A DNA stretch of 63,367 nucleotides, counting the filler, from Octopus bimaculoides (Eukaryota): the NCBI RefSeq assembly GCF_001194135.2. It is 5 parts of 4 records of this genome, joined end to end, with 100 filler letters (N's around TTAATTAATTAA, not from the genome) between each part and the next. Parts side by side here need not be neighbours in the genome. Positions count along the whole stretch, not along the records: positions 39,277 to 52,993 come from NC_068982.1; 4 more parts are not named here. One strand, given 5' to 3'. The translations under genes and the position numbers were made by a program. Below, in pieces: positions 39,557-52,760 of this stretch. Every line of letters starts with the position of its first letter. Position 1 is the stretch's first letter. The notes beneath the pieces were generated by a model that was not told the DNA's origin, searched no databases, and was given only the letters and a program-made list of their open reading frames with translations.

Positions 39557-40106
39557 TGAGTGAGAGAGTAGTGCATGTCATCAAAGTGACACTGGGGTAA
39601 AATATACGAAAAGCCCAGTATACCCATTATGACTACCCGTCTGATAAGGGTACACCAGGCACGTGCATCACAGCCATGACATGGTGATCTTATATCAAGA
39701 TTAACAGTGCATGACCTTGCAGGTGAGGTCCAGTTAGATTTTTTCCTCAGGTTGAGTAGTCCATGCCACTCAAAAGGTCCCTGAATAAGGGTTGTTTAAA
39801 AATATTGAATGAAACATCCATGTTTCCAGAGGTGAATTATCCAAACTCCAAAGAATTCCTCTCAACACATAGCTATGATGCTCACCCACTACTTCTGCTT
39901 GTGATCAGAGATGCACATATCATCAGCGACTAAGGGACATGCTCAACTGGTTACGGTCAAACAACTGACAAGCAAATCTGTGGTATTGAGCAGAATATTT
40001 GCTGTAGCCCATCTTTTATACCAAGACAAAACAATGTACATGATAACACTTCCAGTCAGTTAAGATGAGAAGCCATGAATGCCACTGCCTGGTACTGCAT
40101 CAGGGC
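39557..40106 (+). mobile_element. Dispersed repeat family D, uninterrupted copy between (ATT)n tracts
   Basis: Matches 36658-37681 with the nested insert removed. Confidence 0.9.
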
Positions 40107-40563
40107 ATTATTATTATTATTGTTGTTGTTTTTACCAGAGCTTGATGTGTATTTCGGAGATCTGTAAGTGGTTACCTTGTTTACTTCTAAAAAAATTGTT
40201 GTTGTTACGTTTTATTGTTATAACTTGTGACTAAGTTAATCTAGACCATATTGGTCTGAGTAACAGTGTTATTTTTTTGCCCTGTGGGGCAAAAATCACT
40301 CGAAAAGAAAATTAAATTTCCTTTCAAAATTTGCAAAATTTAATATGGCGTCATCTTTGTCAACAAGTCAACAATAGAGGAAAATGGGAGATGTAGAATG
40401 TGAAATTGTTTTTCAGTCACTCGCCCCCACTCATTCTACATGTAAATGATAGTGGTAGAAGCAGGAGGAGCGACAGCAATGACAACAACAACAACAGAGT
40501 GGAAGTGTCAGGAATAATCAGAATTCAATCAAGGAAGCATGAAATATAGCTAGCAGCAGCCAA

Positions 40564-41760
40564 TTGTGCAATGAAATTATCACCACCAATACTACCACCA
40601 CACAAATCTGTATAATTTCGAACAAAGCAAGAGAAGGTTCAAATAGAAATAATGTTTCCTTTACAAAAGTTACAAATAAGTTTGAAATTAAGTTGTTAAA
40701 GGATAAGGATGAACATTTAAAGGAAGCTGAGAGGATTATAAGATGTGAAGAAAGAAAGGCCACACTAAACGTGCCTCAAAACCTGCTAGAGGCAACCAAG
40801 AAGAAAAAATCAATCATGTACAGATGTCTGTCCATGAAAAGAAGAAGACTGGAAAAAATACCATCAGACCAAGCCAAGCTCTGTCTGAAAAATATATGGG
40901 GGGGATGTCAGCTTTGTCTGTCACACCCCAAAGTTCAGCTACATCAAGGTCATATTCCAGTCGAAATCACTAGCACAAAAACACTTAACTGTTCCATTAA
41001 AAACAGAGGAGTTCACTTCAGTTCCCATCCATCTGAGACAGAGAGTGATCCAAATAAAAATAAGTAACATACCACGAGAAGTTGATTTCTGGTGGGTAGT
41101 GAAAGTCGTGGTGCTGGAAGATCCTAGAAGCCTCCTAGAAATCCAAAACGGAAAACTGGGTTGGGATAGGGTTGAAAATCCTACTGCAAGTAAAACCAGA
41201 AACTGTGGAGAAAATTCCTCACCTAATAGAAATCCCTGAAGGCCAGTATCTGCAAGTGATCATGGAATGAAGAAAGGCAAGATGTTACTTCTGTGGTGAT
41301 TCAGATTACATCAGTCTATTGCCTGAAGGAAAGAAGGAAAAAGTGTAAAAATGAGTCGCAGCAACCACTAACACAACTACAACCACAACAAGGGCAGCAG
41401 AAACAGAAACAACAATGGTAGTAACAGGAAACTTCCCACCAAAAATAATAACAACACCAACAGTAAAACAAAAACCTGCGGAAGAAATACTCCTCTCATA
41501 TTCAGACAACGTAAATGATGGAAATATGGAGGGTCGGGCATGGTAAACAGTCACACAAAAGGGAAGGAAAAGACAGAAGAGCACAAATTATAACCAGGAA
41601 AAGAAAAACAGGCAAGTACAAGAAAATGGAAGAGGGAACGAACAGTAACAACAGCACACCATGCATAAACTCATCTACACACACAGAGGAGACAATAACA
41701 TTATCCCTACCACTACCACTACAACCTCCACAACCATCACAAACATGACATAGCCTACAC
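40564..41760 (+). mobile_element. Probable degenerate LINE ORF1-like region with zinc-knuckle remnant
   Basis: 167-aa open stretch, then KARCYFCGDSDY at about 41275-41315 (CX2CX4H-like with H lost); collinear with the downstream RT. Confidence 0.45.
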
Positions 41761-41974
41761 ACACAACAGATAGACTGCATTCCTCCAAAAGATCATAAAC
41801 CAGACATTATAAGTCTCACAGCTATAAACAAAAAACAATGAATTAATAGAACATACCCACAAACATGGATATTAATGAATCCAATTATATAACACCAGCC
41901 ACAAATATACTGGCACATGTAAAAATATTCAAAGCTACTCAAAGCAAATGCAAAATTTTGAAATCTAGATATTC

Positions 41975-43376
41975 CCAGTTTGTAGGGGACAACCTCCACC
42001 TCATGCAATACATTGGTAAAGAACCTGGCATAGGTGGGGCCCTGATTAATTTGCATCAGTTGAAAGCCTTCAATATGGTTAACCATCGGTACTACGAGGT
42101 TGTCCTTATGGTGCTTGTCTTCAGTTCTGTTTTCAGAGGCTGGACTGCTGCAATGTACAACATCTGCTCAGTGGTCAGAGTAAATGGCCATCTGTCAGAA
42201 TCATTTAGCATCATCCATTCGGTACATCAAGGATGCCTACTCTCACATCTTCTCTACATATTGGCACTCAAGCCATTACTGTAGAAATTGCATGTTTCAT
42301 GGGGCATCCCATGTGAGCTAGGATGTGGAAGATGTGTGTCAGTGTATGCAGATGACGCCACCGTGATAATGTTGAATGTCTCCGAAACAGAGACATGGTC
42401 AGCACTATGCTAAGAGAATACGAAGTGGTGACAAGAGCAATGATTAACCAGGAGAAATCAGTAGGCCTGCAGCTTAGCACCTGGAGAGGCAGTCCATGCC
42501 AACCAGCAGTGTTGTGGGACACTGGACAGAAGGACTGGTTAAGTTGCTCAGAGTCTGGTTTGGTTCAGACTGCCAAATGAACAAGAACTGGGGAGAGGTG
42601 ACAGACAGGGTGGCCAGTCTCACCCAGAAATAGGCCGAGAGGAAGCTGTCTCTGAAAGGTTGGGCGAAGGTGGTGAATGCATACACCGCATTTGTCATAT
42701 GCTACTGCCTGACTGTCATCCCTTGTCCCACTTTATGGCTAAACAGGCTGGTGCACCTACTCTTCTGCTTCTTGTGGAAAGGAAGAGTACCGCTTGTCAG
42801 ACAGTCCATTTGCTGTCAGCACTCATTGTGTGTGTAGATGAGTTTATGCATGGTGTGCTGTTGTTACTGTTCGTTCCCTCTTCCATTTTCTTGTACTTGC
42901 CTGTTTTTCTTTTTCTGGTTATCATTTTTTTCTGTTTGGTGACTATGATGAAAGAGGCTGTATGGTGGACGTGATTGAAAGGGTTGCAGATGGGTATCTT
43001 CCTCTTTGGCCAAGGCCTCATTGACTTTATCAGGTTCCTTCTGAAAAGGAGGGTAAGACTGAAGAGGGAGGTATTGTCACCCAGTAAGTTTGTTGAAAGG
43101 TGGGTGAATGTAGCAAGAATGGCCCATGTGAATGAGCCTACTCTGTGTGCCTATAGGCCGGATGGAGTGAGGAGGAGAGGGGTGCCTATCTGAGGGGGTT
43201 AGGGGCCCAAAGTGGGTGAGGTTGCTTCGGTCACCTCTTGGTGGATCTCCCCCCTATTGGGGAATTATATATTGTAATTGTTGTGTTTTGCTGTTTACAC
43301 GTTTAACCTCACTGTCCCTCATCTATGTATCATCGTCTATGTTTTGCATTTGGCCCTGGTGGCAAATAAAGAAAGA
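41975..43376 (+). mobile_element. Tx1/L1-clade LINE: RT core plus 3' end with AATAAA and (TTA)n tail; internally deleted
   Basis: ALINLHQLKAFNMVNHRY...VVRVNGHLSESFSIIHSVHQGCLLSHLLYILALKPLL, then VSVYADDAT (YADD); AATAAA at about 43365 directly before the (TTA)n. Confidence 0.85.
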
Positions 43377-43451
<75 letters not shown>

Positions 43452-43639
43452 TTACATATGAACAACAGATTAAACTATTGGAAAAGAAAATTCCTAACAA
43501 CAGGCTACAAGTAACCTTAGATGCCAAAATCCTTCCTAAGTATCCTAGCTGTCCTTAATAACACTGTTTATTTGGAGTTGCACTAAGTTTTTTGCTTATT
43601 TCCTCATGGAAATACCATCAGGAAGTAGATTTCTATGGA

Positions 43640-44750
43640 AGAGCTGGAACAGTGTATCATTACAATAGCAAGTAAGCTTTCCAGATCTGAGAAATGAATA
43701 GATCACCATCAACAGAAAAAAAATTGTTTGAGACAGAACAAAGGAGGTTTTGTCAGCAAATAGATAGTGGAGAAGAAAGTACTGAAGATAAGAAGCCTAA
43801 TACAGAAGCTTGAAATTCTGGAGTAATGGTTGGGATAAGCCAGTTAATCATAATGGAGATGCAGCATGGTTACAGAAACTAAGGGGAGAAGTCATTAGTG
43901 ACAAGCAGCCAGATCTAAAACTAATTAGAGCATTAATGAGTAGAGCATTGGGAAAAATGTTGAATTTGAAGGGCCTGTGACCAAATTTAGTTCAAGGGTA
44001 CCGGTTAAAGAAATTTAGTAGCTTACATGGGAGATTGAGGGAACAACTTCAGGATTGCCTGAATGGTGGAGCAATACCAGATTGAATGACCAGAAGAACA
44101 GTTCTCCTTATGAAAGACAACAGCAAGGGCAATGTAGCTAGAAGTAATAGACCAATCACTTGCTTATCGTTAGTGTGGAAGCTTTTAACAGGAATTCTCT
44201 CAGAAAGCATTTATGAACACTTTGACAGCCAAAATTTGCTGCCAGAAGAACAGAAAGGTTGCAGGAAGATCTATTATACATAAACAAAGCAGTTCTAAAA
44301 GAAGTGAAATCTAGAAAGAAAAATTTAACAATAGCATGGATATATTATAAGAAAGCCTATGACCTGGTAAGTGAATGTTTGAGTATATTCCGTATTGCAG
44401 ACAACATAAGAGAGTTAATTAGCTATAACATGAAGAAATGGAAAATAGGTCTCTACTCAGATGACACAGCCTTCAGGAAACTTAATATTAAGAGAGGAAT
44501 TTTCCAAGGAGACTCATTATCCCCTTTAATATTTGTGTTATTTTTAATCCCCTTCAGTTTAGTATTAAGGAAGGCAAAGGAAGGGTTTCAGTTTAGAGAT
44601 AGTAAAGGAAAAATTAATCATTTGCACTACATGGATGATCTGAAATTTTTTAATAAGAATAGAAAAGAGATAGATTCCTTAATACAACTATAAGACACTT
44701 CAGCAAAAAATAGACATGGAATTTGGCATAGATAAGTGCGCAATATTAGT
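43640..44750 (+). mobile_element. R4/Dong-like (RLE-type) LINE reverse transcriptase fragment, frameshifted
   Basis: RPITCLSLVWKLLTGIL, EEQKGCRK, AWIYYKKAYD, RGIFQGDSLSPLIF, INHLHYMDDLK. Confidence 0.9.
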
Positions 44751-44769
44751 TATGTGTGTGTGTGTGTAC

Positions 44770-45250
44770 CAAGTCCAAAATATGCAAATCACACCCACAC
44801 CAAATTCTGAGTCATATAGTCACAAATGATAAGCATGACCAACCATTAAAGAACTTTACAATCTTTACAGTGCTTTTCATTCAAAAGCCATTCTGACTTT
44901 CACATTTATTCTTTGTATTTGATTTTTTGTATTCTTTACCTATCACTCCCCAAATATATATCAGCTATCCTTCTTCATTAAAAGATTTGTGAACTACTAT
45001 AACCAGACGTATCCTACCAACAGCATCCTGCTGCACACAATAGCAAAATGTACATATTATAACACTGTAGTCTATTATGTAACCTGATGATGTTTCTTCT
45101 TCACTAAGGGGTGCATTCAGTTCTATTATATCATTCCCCACCCACTTAGGAGCAGTGCAGATATGAGCTGAAACAATTATCGTGTGAAATAAACCTTACA
45201 GTACACTCTGTCTTACCTATTAGTCATTTAAAATATACTTACTGTGATCC
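44770..45250 (+). mobile_element. pLTR-like fragment with degenerate hammerhead motif (45084-45181)
   Basis: CTGATGA 45084-45090 ... GAAAC-AATT-ATC 45170-45181 (palindromic loop III; G16.2 changed to A); stems I and II poor. Confidence 0.4.
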
Positions 45251-46479
45251 ATTCCTTACATAGATCCTGTGATGAAAGTGCAGTACTGCAGATAATGCCT
45301 GTTAGCTATAAGTGCTGAATGTGATCATAAGGTCACTACTAGAGACATACACAAAACAAGGTTTGGATACTACATTTTAAAGTTTCCTATCTCAACTTCA
45401 ATTTTAAATATAACCTATATANNNNNNNNNNNNNNNNNNNNNNNNNNNNNNNNNNNNNNNNNNNNNNNNNNNNNNNNNNNNNNNNNNNNNNNNNNNNNNN
45501 NNNNNNNNNNNNNNNNNNNNNNNNNNNNNNNNNNNNNNNNNNNNNNNNNNNNNNNNNNNNNNNNNNNNNNNNNNNNNNNNNNNNNNNNNNNNNNNNNNNN
45601 NNNNNNNNNNNNNNNNNNNNNNNNNNNNNNNNNNNNNNNNNNNNNNNNNNNNNNNNNNNNNNNNNNNNNNNNNNNNNNNNNNNNNNNNNNNNNNNNNNNN
45701 NNNNNNNNNNNNNNNNNNNNNNNNNNNNNNNNNNNNNNNNNNNNNNNNNNNNNNNNNNNNNNNNNNNNNNNNNNNNNNNNNNNNNNNNNNNNNNNNNNNN
45801 NNNNNNNNNNNNNNNNNNNNNNNNNNNNNNNNNNNNNNNNNNNNNNNNNNNNNNNNNNNNNNNNNNNNNNNNNNNNNNNNNNNNNNNNNNNNNNNNNNNN
45901 NNNNNNNNNNNNNNNNNNNNNNNNNNNNNNNNNNNNNNNNNNNNNNNNNNNNNNNNNNNNNNNNNNNNNNNNNNNNNNNNNNNNNNNNNNNNNNNNNNNN
46001 NNNNNNNNNNNNNNNNNNNNNNNNNNNNNNNNNNNNNNNNNNNNNNNNNNNNNNNNNNNNNNNNNNNNNNNNNNNNATATATATATATATATATAAATAC
46101 ATATATGTAAATATATATATAAAATTAAGGAAGAGAGAAAACAAATTCAAAGGTTGATGTATATATTCATTCAATCCATATTAACGAAATTCTCCATGCT
46201 ATACAAATACATACATAGATGCATTCATCCATATGATATATGAAAAATTTCTGAGAATTTATAAATGCATACATATATACGAAAATTAATAAATATATAA
46301 AAATTCATAGACATATAAAAATTTATAAACACAAAAATTCATAAAATATAAATATATAAAAGTATAAGTCCATAAATGTACTTGCAAAGTCCAAATATTC
46401 GAATTTGAATCAATGAAGAGGATGATAAAGTGAATGTGAAATGATTCATAAGGAATCTGGAGCATGTATAAAATTTATG

Positions 46480-47560
46480 TATAAAGTCTTACAGCCATTT
46501 CGAAAAGATATTGGTTGCTATGGACGAGCTAACTCCAACCATAGCAATAATCTATATTTCTCTCATCAGAGTTAATAGACTCACAAGGTTAAAACTTTAA
46601 AAGAAGGTGGGTTAACTGATTTATTAAAAATCGAATGTTTGATCGGACCATTCTCTTCAGGCATATGATGTTAAAAGGCTAAAATGTATTACGACACTAT
46701 ATATAAAACAAAGTATATTTCAATGCTATATATAATATAAAGTATATTACAATGCTATATATAATATAAAGTTTTAGAAGAGTCCATAATATGAAGTAAG
46801 GCTAAATTAGAATCTTATAGTTTGATTATATTTGAAAAATTTAAATGTTGAAATATATTTGTATCTACAGGTAATTATAACGTCAGATATCTTATTAGGT
46901 AAACTATTTTTGTTGGCTAGGATTATGTGGATCACTTCCGTCATGCATAAATTGCAATTCTTTGTATGTGTATTATATGGTGTAGCTTCCCTTATTATAG
47001 ACCAATTCAGACTGAATTCTTGGTGTTGCTCATTTTTAATTTATTGATGTACATTGGTAGTGTAGTTGAGTTTGTGTTTCGTGGTTTAGAGTTTATATGC
47101 ACTGTATATCTACTTTTAAAGTCAATTGTACTACCTATGCAAATTTTTTAAAGTTCATTTAGGGTTGAGACTTTGATTTTTTATAAGGTATTTCTCCTTA
47201 AACAGAAGCCTTTAAGAGGACAAAATTCCCTATTATGACAATTACATGTTTTTATTTTGTTTCCGGGTTTAGTCTTGCTATCTTTAATATCCAAGTCCTT
47301 ATTATTGTTCTTCGTATTAGGGTCAGCTAGGTTATCTCTATTGGTTTCATTATTTCAAAGTTTGAGTCTGTTATTGGCTGCGATGATAGATCCAAGACTG
47401 GGAGTGGTAGAATAGGATAATTTAAGACATGATCTATTAAATATAGATTGGTATTTATGACCAGGTGGGAAGTTCCTATCAATAATGCTAAAAAATAACT
47501 TAGGGAGTTTTCTTACCTGGAGGTAACAATTTCCTGTTTACTCCCAGAATAGTTCTTATT
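46480..47560 (-). mobile_element. Second degenerate Naiad-type Penelope-like element (thumb, GIY-YIG, 3' hammerhead region)
   Basis: FLSIIDRNFPPGHKYQSIFNRSCLKLSYSTTPSL; TCNCHNREFCPLKGFCL; SLNWSIIREATPYNTHTKNCNLCMTEVIHII; CTGATGA...GAAA-TGGCT-GTA motif at 46485-46573. Confidence 0.85.
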
Positions 47561-47587
47561 CTGCCCCGTATTGTTAATTGTTATTGT

Positions 47588-47614
47588 TATACTTGAAAAA
47601 TCTATAGTGTCTTC

Positions 47615-47652
<38 letters not shown>

Positions 47653-47672
47653 GAAGACTATAGATTTTTCAA

Positions 47673-47677
<5 letters not shown>
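47588..47677. repeat. Near-perfect inverted repeat centred on (TA)n
   Basis: TATACTTGAAAAATCTATAGTGTCTTCTAAA versus TTTAGAAGACTATAGATTTTTCAAGTATA; differ by a 2-nt indel; no gap between the arms. Confidence 0.9.
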
Positions 47678-47712
<35 letters not shown>

Positions 47713-47769
47713 NNNNNNNNNNNNNNNNNNNNNNNNNNNNNNNNNNNNNNNNATATATGTATGTATGTA

Positions 47770-47830
<61 letters not shown>

Positions 47831-47984
47831 CTATATATATATATATGTGTGTGTCTATAGATATGAGGGAACCTGCGGTAGAGGTAGAGGAAGACATCGG
47901 ATGAGGTGGTGAAGCATAATCTTCAAACTTTGAACCTCATAGGTGATGTGCTCTGTTTAAGAGGACCCATCAAGCTGAGTAAAA

Positions 47985-48214
47985 TTTGTGGCAGATAAGA
48001 GTGTCATGTAAATGACACCTATGCCAGTGGCATACAAAAGCACCCATGTCAGGGTGGTTGATGTTAGGGAGGGCATCCAGCAGTAGAAAACCATACCAAA
48101 TCAGACTGGAGTCTGGTGCAGCATTCCAGAATGCCAGCTCAGTCAAACCGTCCAACCTATGCCAGTATGGACGACGGACGTTAAATGATGATGATGATGA
48201 TGATAATTATGATA

Positions 48215-48253
<39 letters not shown>

Positions 48254-48754
48254 GCATATGGATGAGGACAGCATCTAGAAACAACAGCCAATCTCTAATT
48301 GTGGAGGGAAACTGTGGAAGGAGTAACTCGAGAAGACATTGGATGAAGTGGTGAGAAAGGATCTTCAGGCACTAGGCAGACAAAGGACCAGGACTTGTGG
48401 CAATTTGCTGTACTTGAGAAGACACATCAAGCTAGATAAAATCAATGCGATCCATAAACACAGGCATGTTGTTTATGGCCATGCCCCAACTCACTCTTCC
48501 AGCTGAGAGGTCTTTGTCCTGCTGGTGCCAGTGGCATGTAACATTTACTTGTGCCAGTGTTACATAAACACACCTGTGCTGGTGGCATGCAAAAGGCACG
48601 CAGTACACACGGTAAATTAGTTGGCATTAGGAAGGACATCCAGCTGAAGAAAACATGCCCAAAACAGACAACTGGAACCTGGACAGCTCTCCTACTGGCC
48701 AGCTCCTGTTAAACTGTCCAGCCCATACCAGCATGGAAAGTGGATATTAAATAT

Positions 48755-48792
<38 letters not shown>

Positions 48793-48795
48793 GTG
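47985..48795 (+). mobile_element. Two copies of a (GAT)n-tailed SINE-like element (family E) flanking an RTE 3' fragment (about 48290-48425)
   Basis: Shared ...GGCATCCAGCAGTAGAAAACCAT...GTCCAACCTATGCCAGTATGG...TTAAATGATGATG; third copy on the minus strand at 51385-51560; RTE peptide VEGNCGRSN. Confidence 0.7.
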
Positions 48796-49875
48796 TGTGT
48801 GATTGTGTGTGTGTGTGTGTGTGTGTGTTTTATTTCTGTTTGGATCAAGTTATTTTCTAGCTACTTTGAGTTTTGCTTTACCTATTCATACACATGTACT
48901 TCAGACAGGTTACTCATTAGCAAAAACTCTGAGTACCAAGAGACTAACTTGACAACAGTTAAAATATTAAGCTTTACTATGGTATTGAGTAATCTTTTTT
49001 CCAACAGTCAAGACTAAACTGATAGATAGAGAGAGAGAGAGAAAGAGAGAGAGAGAAAGAGAGAGAGAGAAAGAGAGAGAGAACAAGGGAGATTTATAAT
49101 TGTACAACTACCTAATATATCTATATATGTATGTATGCATGTGTATCTAGATTTATATATGTATGTGTTTCCATTGTGTGTAAAAATTCACACATTAAAA
49201 TACAAGCTACACATAAGAACACATAGTACTGTGTATAAAGGAATAAAATCTGTGACATTATTCTTAAACAGAGCTTACCTTATTACAAGATCCATTTAAA
49301 ATTCTATAACGTTAGCGGTAAAACTTCATAAGTTAAAATGGCAAATGTTTTTTTAAACTTTAGAAATTTGTCCACCTTTGCTTGTTATACACCCAGAGAT
49401 TAGTGAACCAACAATGTAATCATGAGATAACAACTGTTTACACTATCATGTATTTATTTTTGTAACACTGTCAATTTATTATATCTATAACAGTGAAGTT
49501 AATACAGAGAACATAAAATTGTAACTGACCTGATAAGAAAAACGACTATAATAAATTTTGCTTTGGATTTAGTTTGCAAGATTCTTGATGTGAAGCTGCA
49601 TGTTGAAACATGTTATGCTGTATCTCAGGAGGGTCAGGGTATCAATAATAAGCACTGGTTGTATTTCACTTCTTTATTTATATTTGTCAGTTGGCTAACT
49701 ATTTCACCAGTTAACAAATCAATATCAATGACAACTTCTTCCTTCACAAAATTTCTAGCCTTTAGGCAGAAAGCTACAAGTTTTGTGAAGCAAAGGGTGT
49801 TACAAGTGGAGCAGGTAGAATCATTAGAGGATCAGGAAAGTGCTTTGAAACAGTTCTTATGCTTCTTTACATGCA

Positions 49876-49906
<31 letters not shown>

Positions 49907-50339
49907 GTAAAACTTTCCAAAAATTTAGCACATAAATACATATGCATGCATCTAGACATGAAAATATATACATAAAAACGCATCCATAAAACAAACATAC
50001 AAATCTGCGCATACACTAACACCAAATACTGCACACACACACACACATATGCACAAATACCTAGATGATGTTGATAAAAGTTCCAATGAAGGAGCCATGA
50101 ATCTATGTTAGAGTCCGGCTCTTTGTCTATTGACAAGAAATACAGAAATGAAACTGATTGATAACATAAATACATATGTACATACATACATACATACATA
50201 CAAACAAAAGTACATACATACATATATACATGCATACATAGATACATACATACATACATACATACATACATACATACATACATACATACATACACACATA
50301 CGTACATACATACATATCTGAGATGATAGTAACATTGAT

Positions 50340-51138
50340 CCTCAAAGTAGTTTATCATGGATCAATAGCTGGATTACTACCTCCCACTTTGAAGGGTATG
50401 CATTTGCAATCCATGAACAGGAAATATCAATGAAATACCTGGTGCACAAAAGGGATAGAGTTGCAAGAAAAGCAATAAAATGTGAGAACCGATGCAGACT
50501 TTGTGGAGTTAACTCCAAAGATATCACCCTCATCATAAGCAGTTGTCCCAAAATGTCATCACGGTATTATCTACCAATGAGACATGGTGTTGTTGCTAGG
50601 ACACTATAATGAAATCTGTTGGAAAGATAACCCAAGGACAAAGAAATAAGAACTCACAGTATGGTAGAAGCCATAGGCACTCATAATGAAAAGGGGTATT
50701 GGTGGAATGTCCCAGTGAAGACCTCAATAAAATGTAACCACAACAGACCTGGTATAATGATTTGGAATAGAGAAGAGAAATTGTACAGTTGTGGAAATTA
50801 GTTAAAGATGAAGATCAGTGAAAAAGAGAATACCTACATTAAACTATGGAAAAATCTGCAGTTACTCTATCCAGATTACAAGTCCACATTTATACCTGTA
50901 ATTATTGGGGCCCTGAGGTATGTAACACATTGCCTAAATACTAATCTTGAGATGTTAGGCTTCTCAAAACCAGAAAGGAGAAAGCTAATTCAAAGACTAC
51001 AGATCCAATCCATCACTGGAATTGTAAGAATCTGTAAAACTTTCCAGAAGTTTATCATTTAAATATATATGAGCATGTCTAGATATGCAACTATAAGGAT
51101 GAGAATATATACATAAAGCATAACAGATAAATCTGCTC

Positions 51139-51171
<33 letters not shown>

Positions 51172-51181
51172 CATACATACA

Positions 51182-51212
<31 letters not shown>

Positions 51213-51335
51213 GTACAAACAAAAATACCCTGTTGTTGATGTTAAAATTTCAAAGAAGGAGCTTTGGATCTTGGTTAGAAACTGACTCATTCTCTATTGG
51301 CGAGAAATCTTGAAATAAAACTGGACAACGACATA
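50340..51335 (+). mobile_element. RLE-type (R4/Dong-like) LINE 3' fragment: zinc knuckle, restriction-like endonuclease, 3' UTR with (TACA)n
   Basis: CRLCGVNSKDITLIISSC, YYLPMRH, WWNVPVKTSIKCNHNRP, IPVIIGAL...ICKTFQKFII*; a shorter copy of the same 3' end at about 49907-50165. Confidence 0.85.
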
Positions 51336-51659
51336 CATGCATGTATGTATGCATACATACATACATACATAAACACACACACACAACATCATCGTCATCA
51401 TCTTTAACGTCCATTTTCCATGCAGGCATGGGTTGGACAGTCTGACCAGAGCTGGCAAGCCAGTGAGTCAAACCAGGTTCCAATCTGATTTGGCCTGGTT
51501 TCTATGGCTAGATGCCCTTCCTCATGCCAACCACTTTATAGTGTGTGATGAGTGCTTCTAATGTTACATCAGCATAAACACTATTATGAGTGCTTTTTAC
51601 ATGGCACCAGCACAAGGCTATTGCAGTCCAATCTTCTTCATCAGGAGGAGTGGCCTTAA

Positions 51660-52010
51660 CATTTCTGCTGTGAAGGACTAGTCTTCTTCAATACAGCAAG
51701 GCCCCTGACATCTCAGTCCTGAGGTCATCCTTCAGTACTTCTACCTATGTCTTCCTAAATCTCCCTCTCCCATAAGTTCCATATATTTTAAATGATCTGC
51801 ACCTCTTTATGAAGCTGTCAATATCCATCTGCATCACAAGGCCAAACCAGCACAGTCATGCCTCACTTTTCTTTCAAAATATTAGCATTCTGTTATGTAT
51901 GTACACTTACATTGTAAATCCAGTAAAAGTATGCTAGCCTCATTCCTCTCTAGCCTTCAGATGTCATCTGCACTAAGGGCCCATGTCTCTACTCAACTTC
52001 CAACTCAAGA
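51660..52010 (-). mobile_element. RTE-like LINE 3' fragment, degenerate
   Basis: Frameshifted minus-strand peptides (RKT*VEVLKDDLR) match the RTE C-terminal GRPRKTWxEVxxxDL pattern. Confidence 0.55.
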
Positions 52011-52029
52011 TCACAGAGGAAGGCTCTGT

Positions 52030-52760
52030 ATTTACCAAATCTTATAGAAAAGCCACTAATAGAAAACTTTTCGTCCATTAGCATTCAGCCTTACCCAACA
52101 GAGCGAAAGTCACATATGTGAGAAATGAGAGTGCACATATAAGCAGCAATTGCAGCAATGTGACCAACAAAGCCGTCAGCACCAAACAGTTCCTCAGAGA
52201 CCTAACCCTGAATGGCTACCCACCATCTTTAGCTAAACAACGGCACTTGAAGAACATCAAGGTCAATAAACCCTAAAAGAAACATCATACTCCCAAGTCC
52301 AGCACATGCTTCCTAAAGCTACCACACTTTGACGACAGAACTACTGCAGTGATACAACATGCAGTCAGCAGGGAAGGACTCGACATACAGATAGTGCATA
52401 CCAGCCCTTCCTTGAGAAAAGCTCTGTCCAAGAACAACACCTCTCACTACTCTGAGGAGTGCACATTGTCGAACTGCTCCATCAGTGACCCTTAATTGTG
52501 CCAGAGAACCTATGTTGTATATGAGATCATCTGTGGAAACACAAGAAAACTGTATATACGCATTAAGAAACACATGCAGGCAGACACTTCCGTGAAGAAA
52601 CATCTACAGAAATGCCAAACCCAGGAATTCACAGTGCACATAAAGGCAACACAGCAGAACAGGGGAAACCTTAGAATCTCTGAGGCCATCCTCATACACC
52701 AAAAGAAACCTAAGATCAACAATAGAATAGAGTTACAGGAAGCTAGCTGGTTGCTATAGC
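52030..52760 (+). mobile_element. Penelope/Poseidon-type PLE fragment (thumb plus GIY-YIG)
   Basis: LYRKATN...H*HSALP, LNGYPPS, FLKLPHF, VVYEIICG...LRISEAILIHQKKPKINNRIE. Confidence 0.85.
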
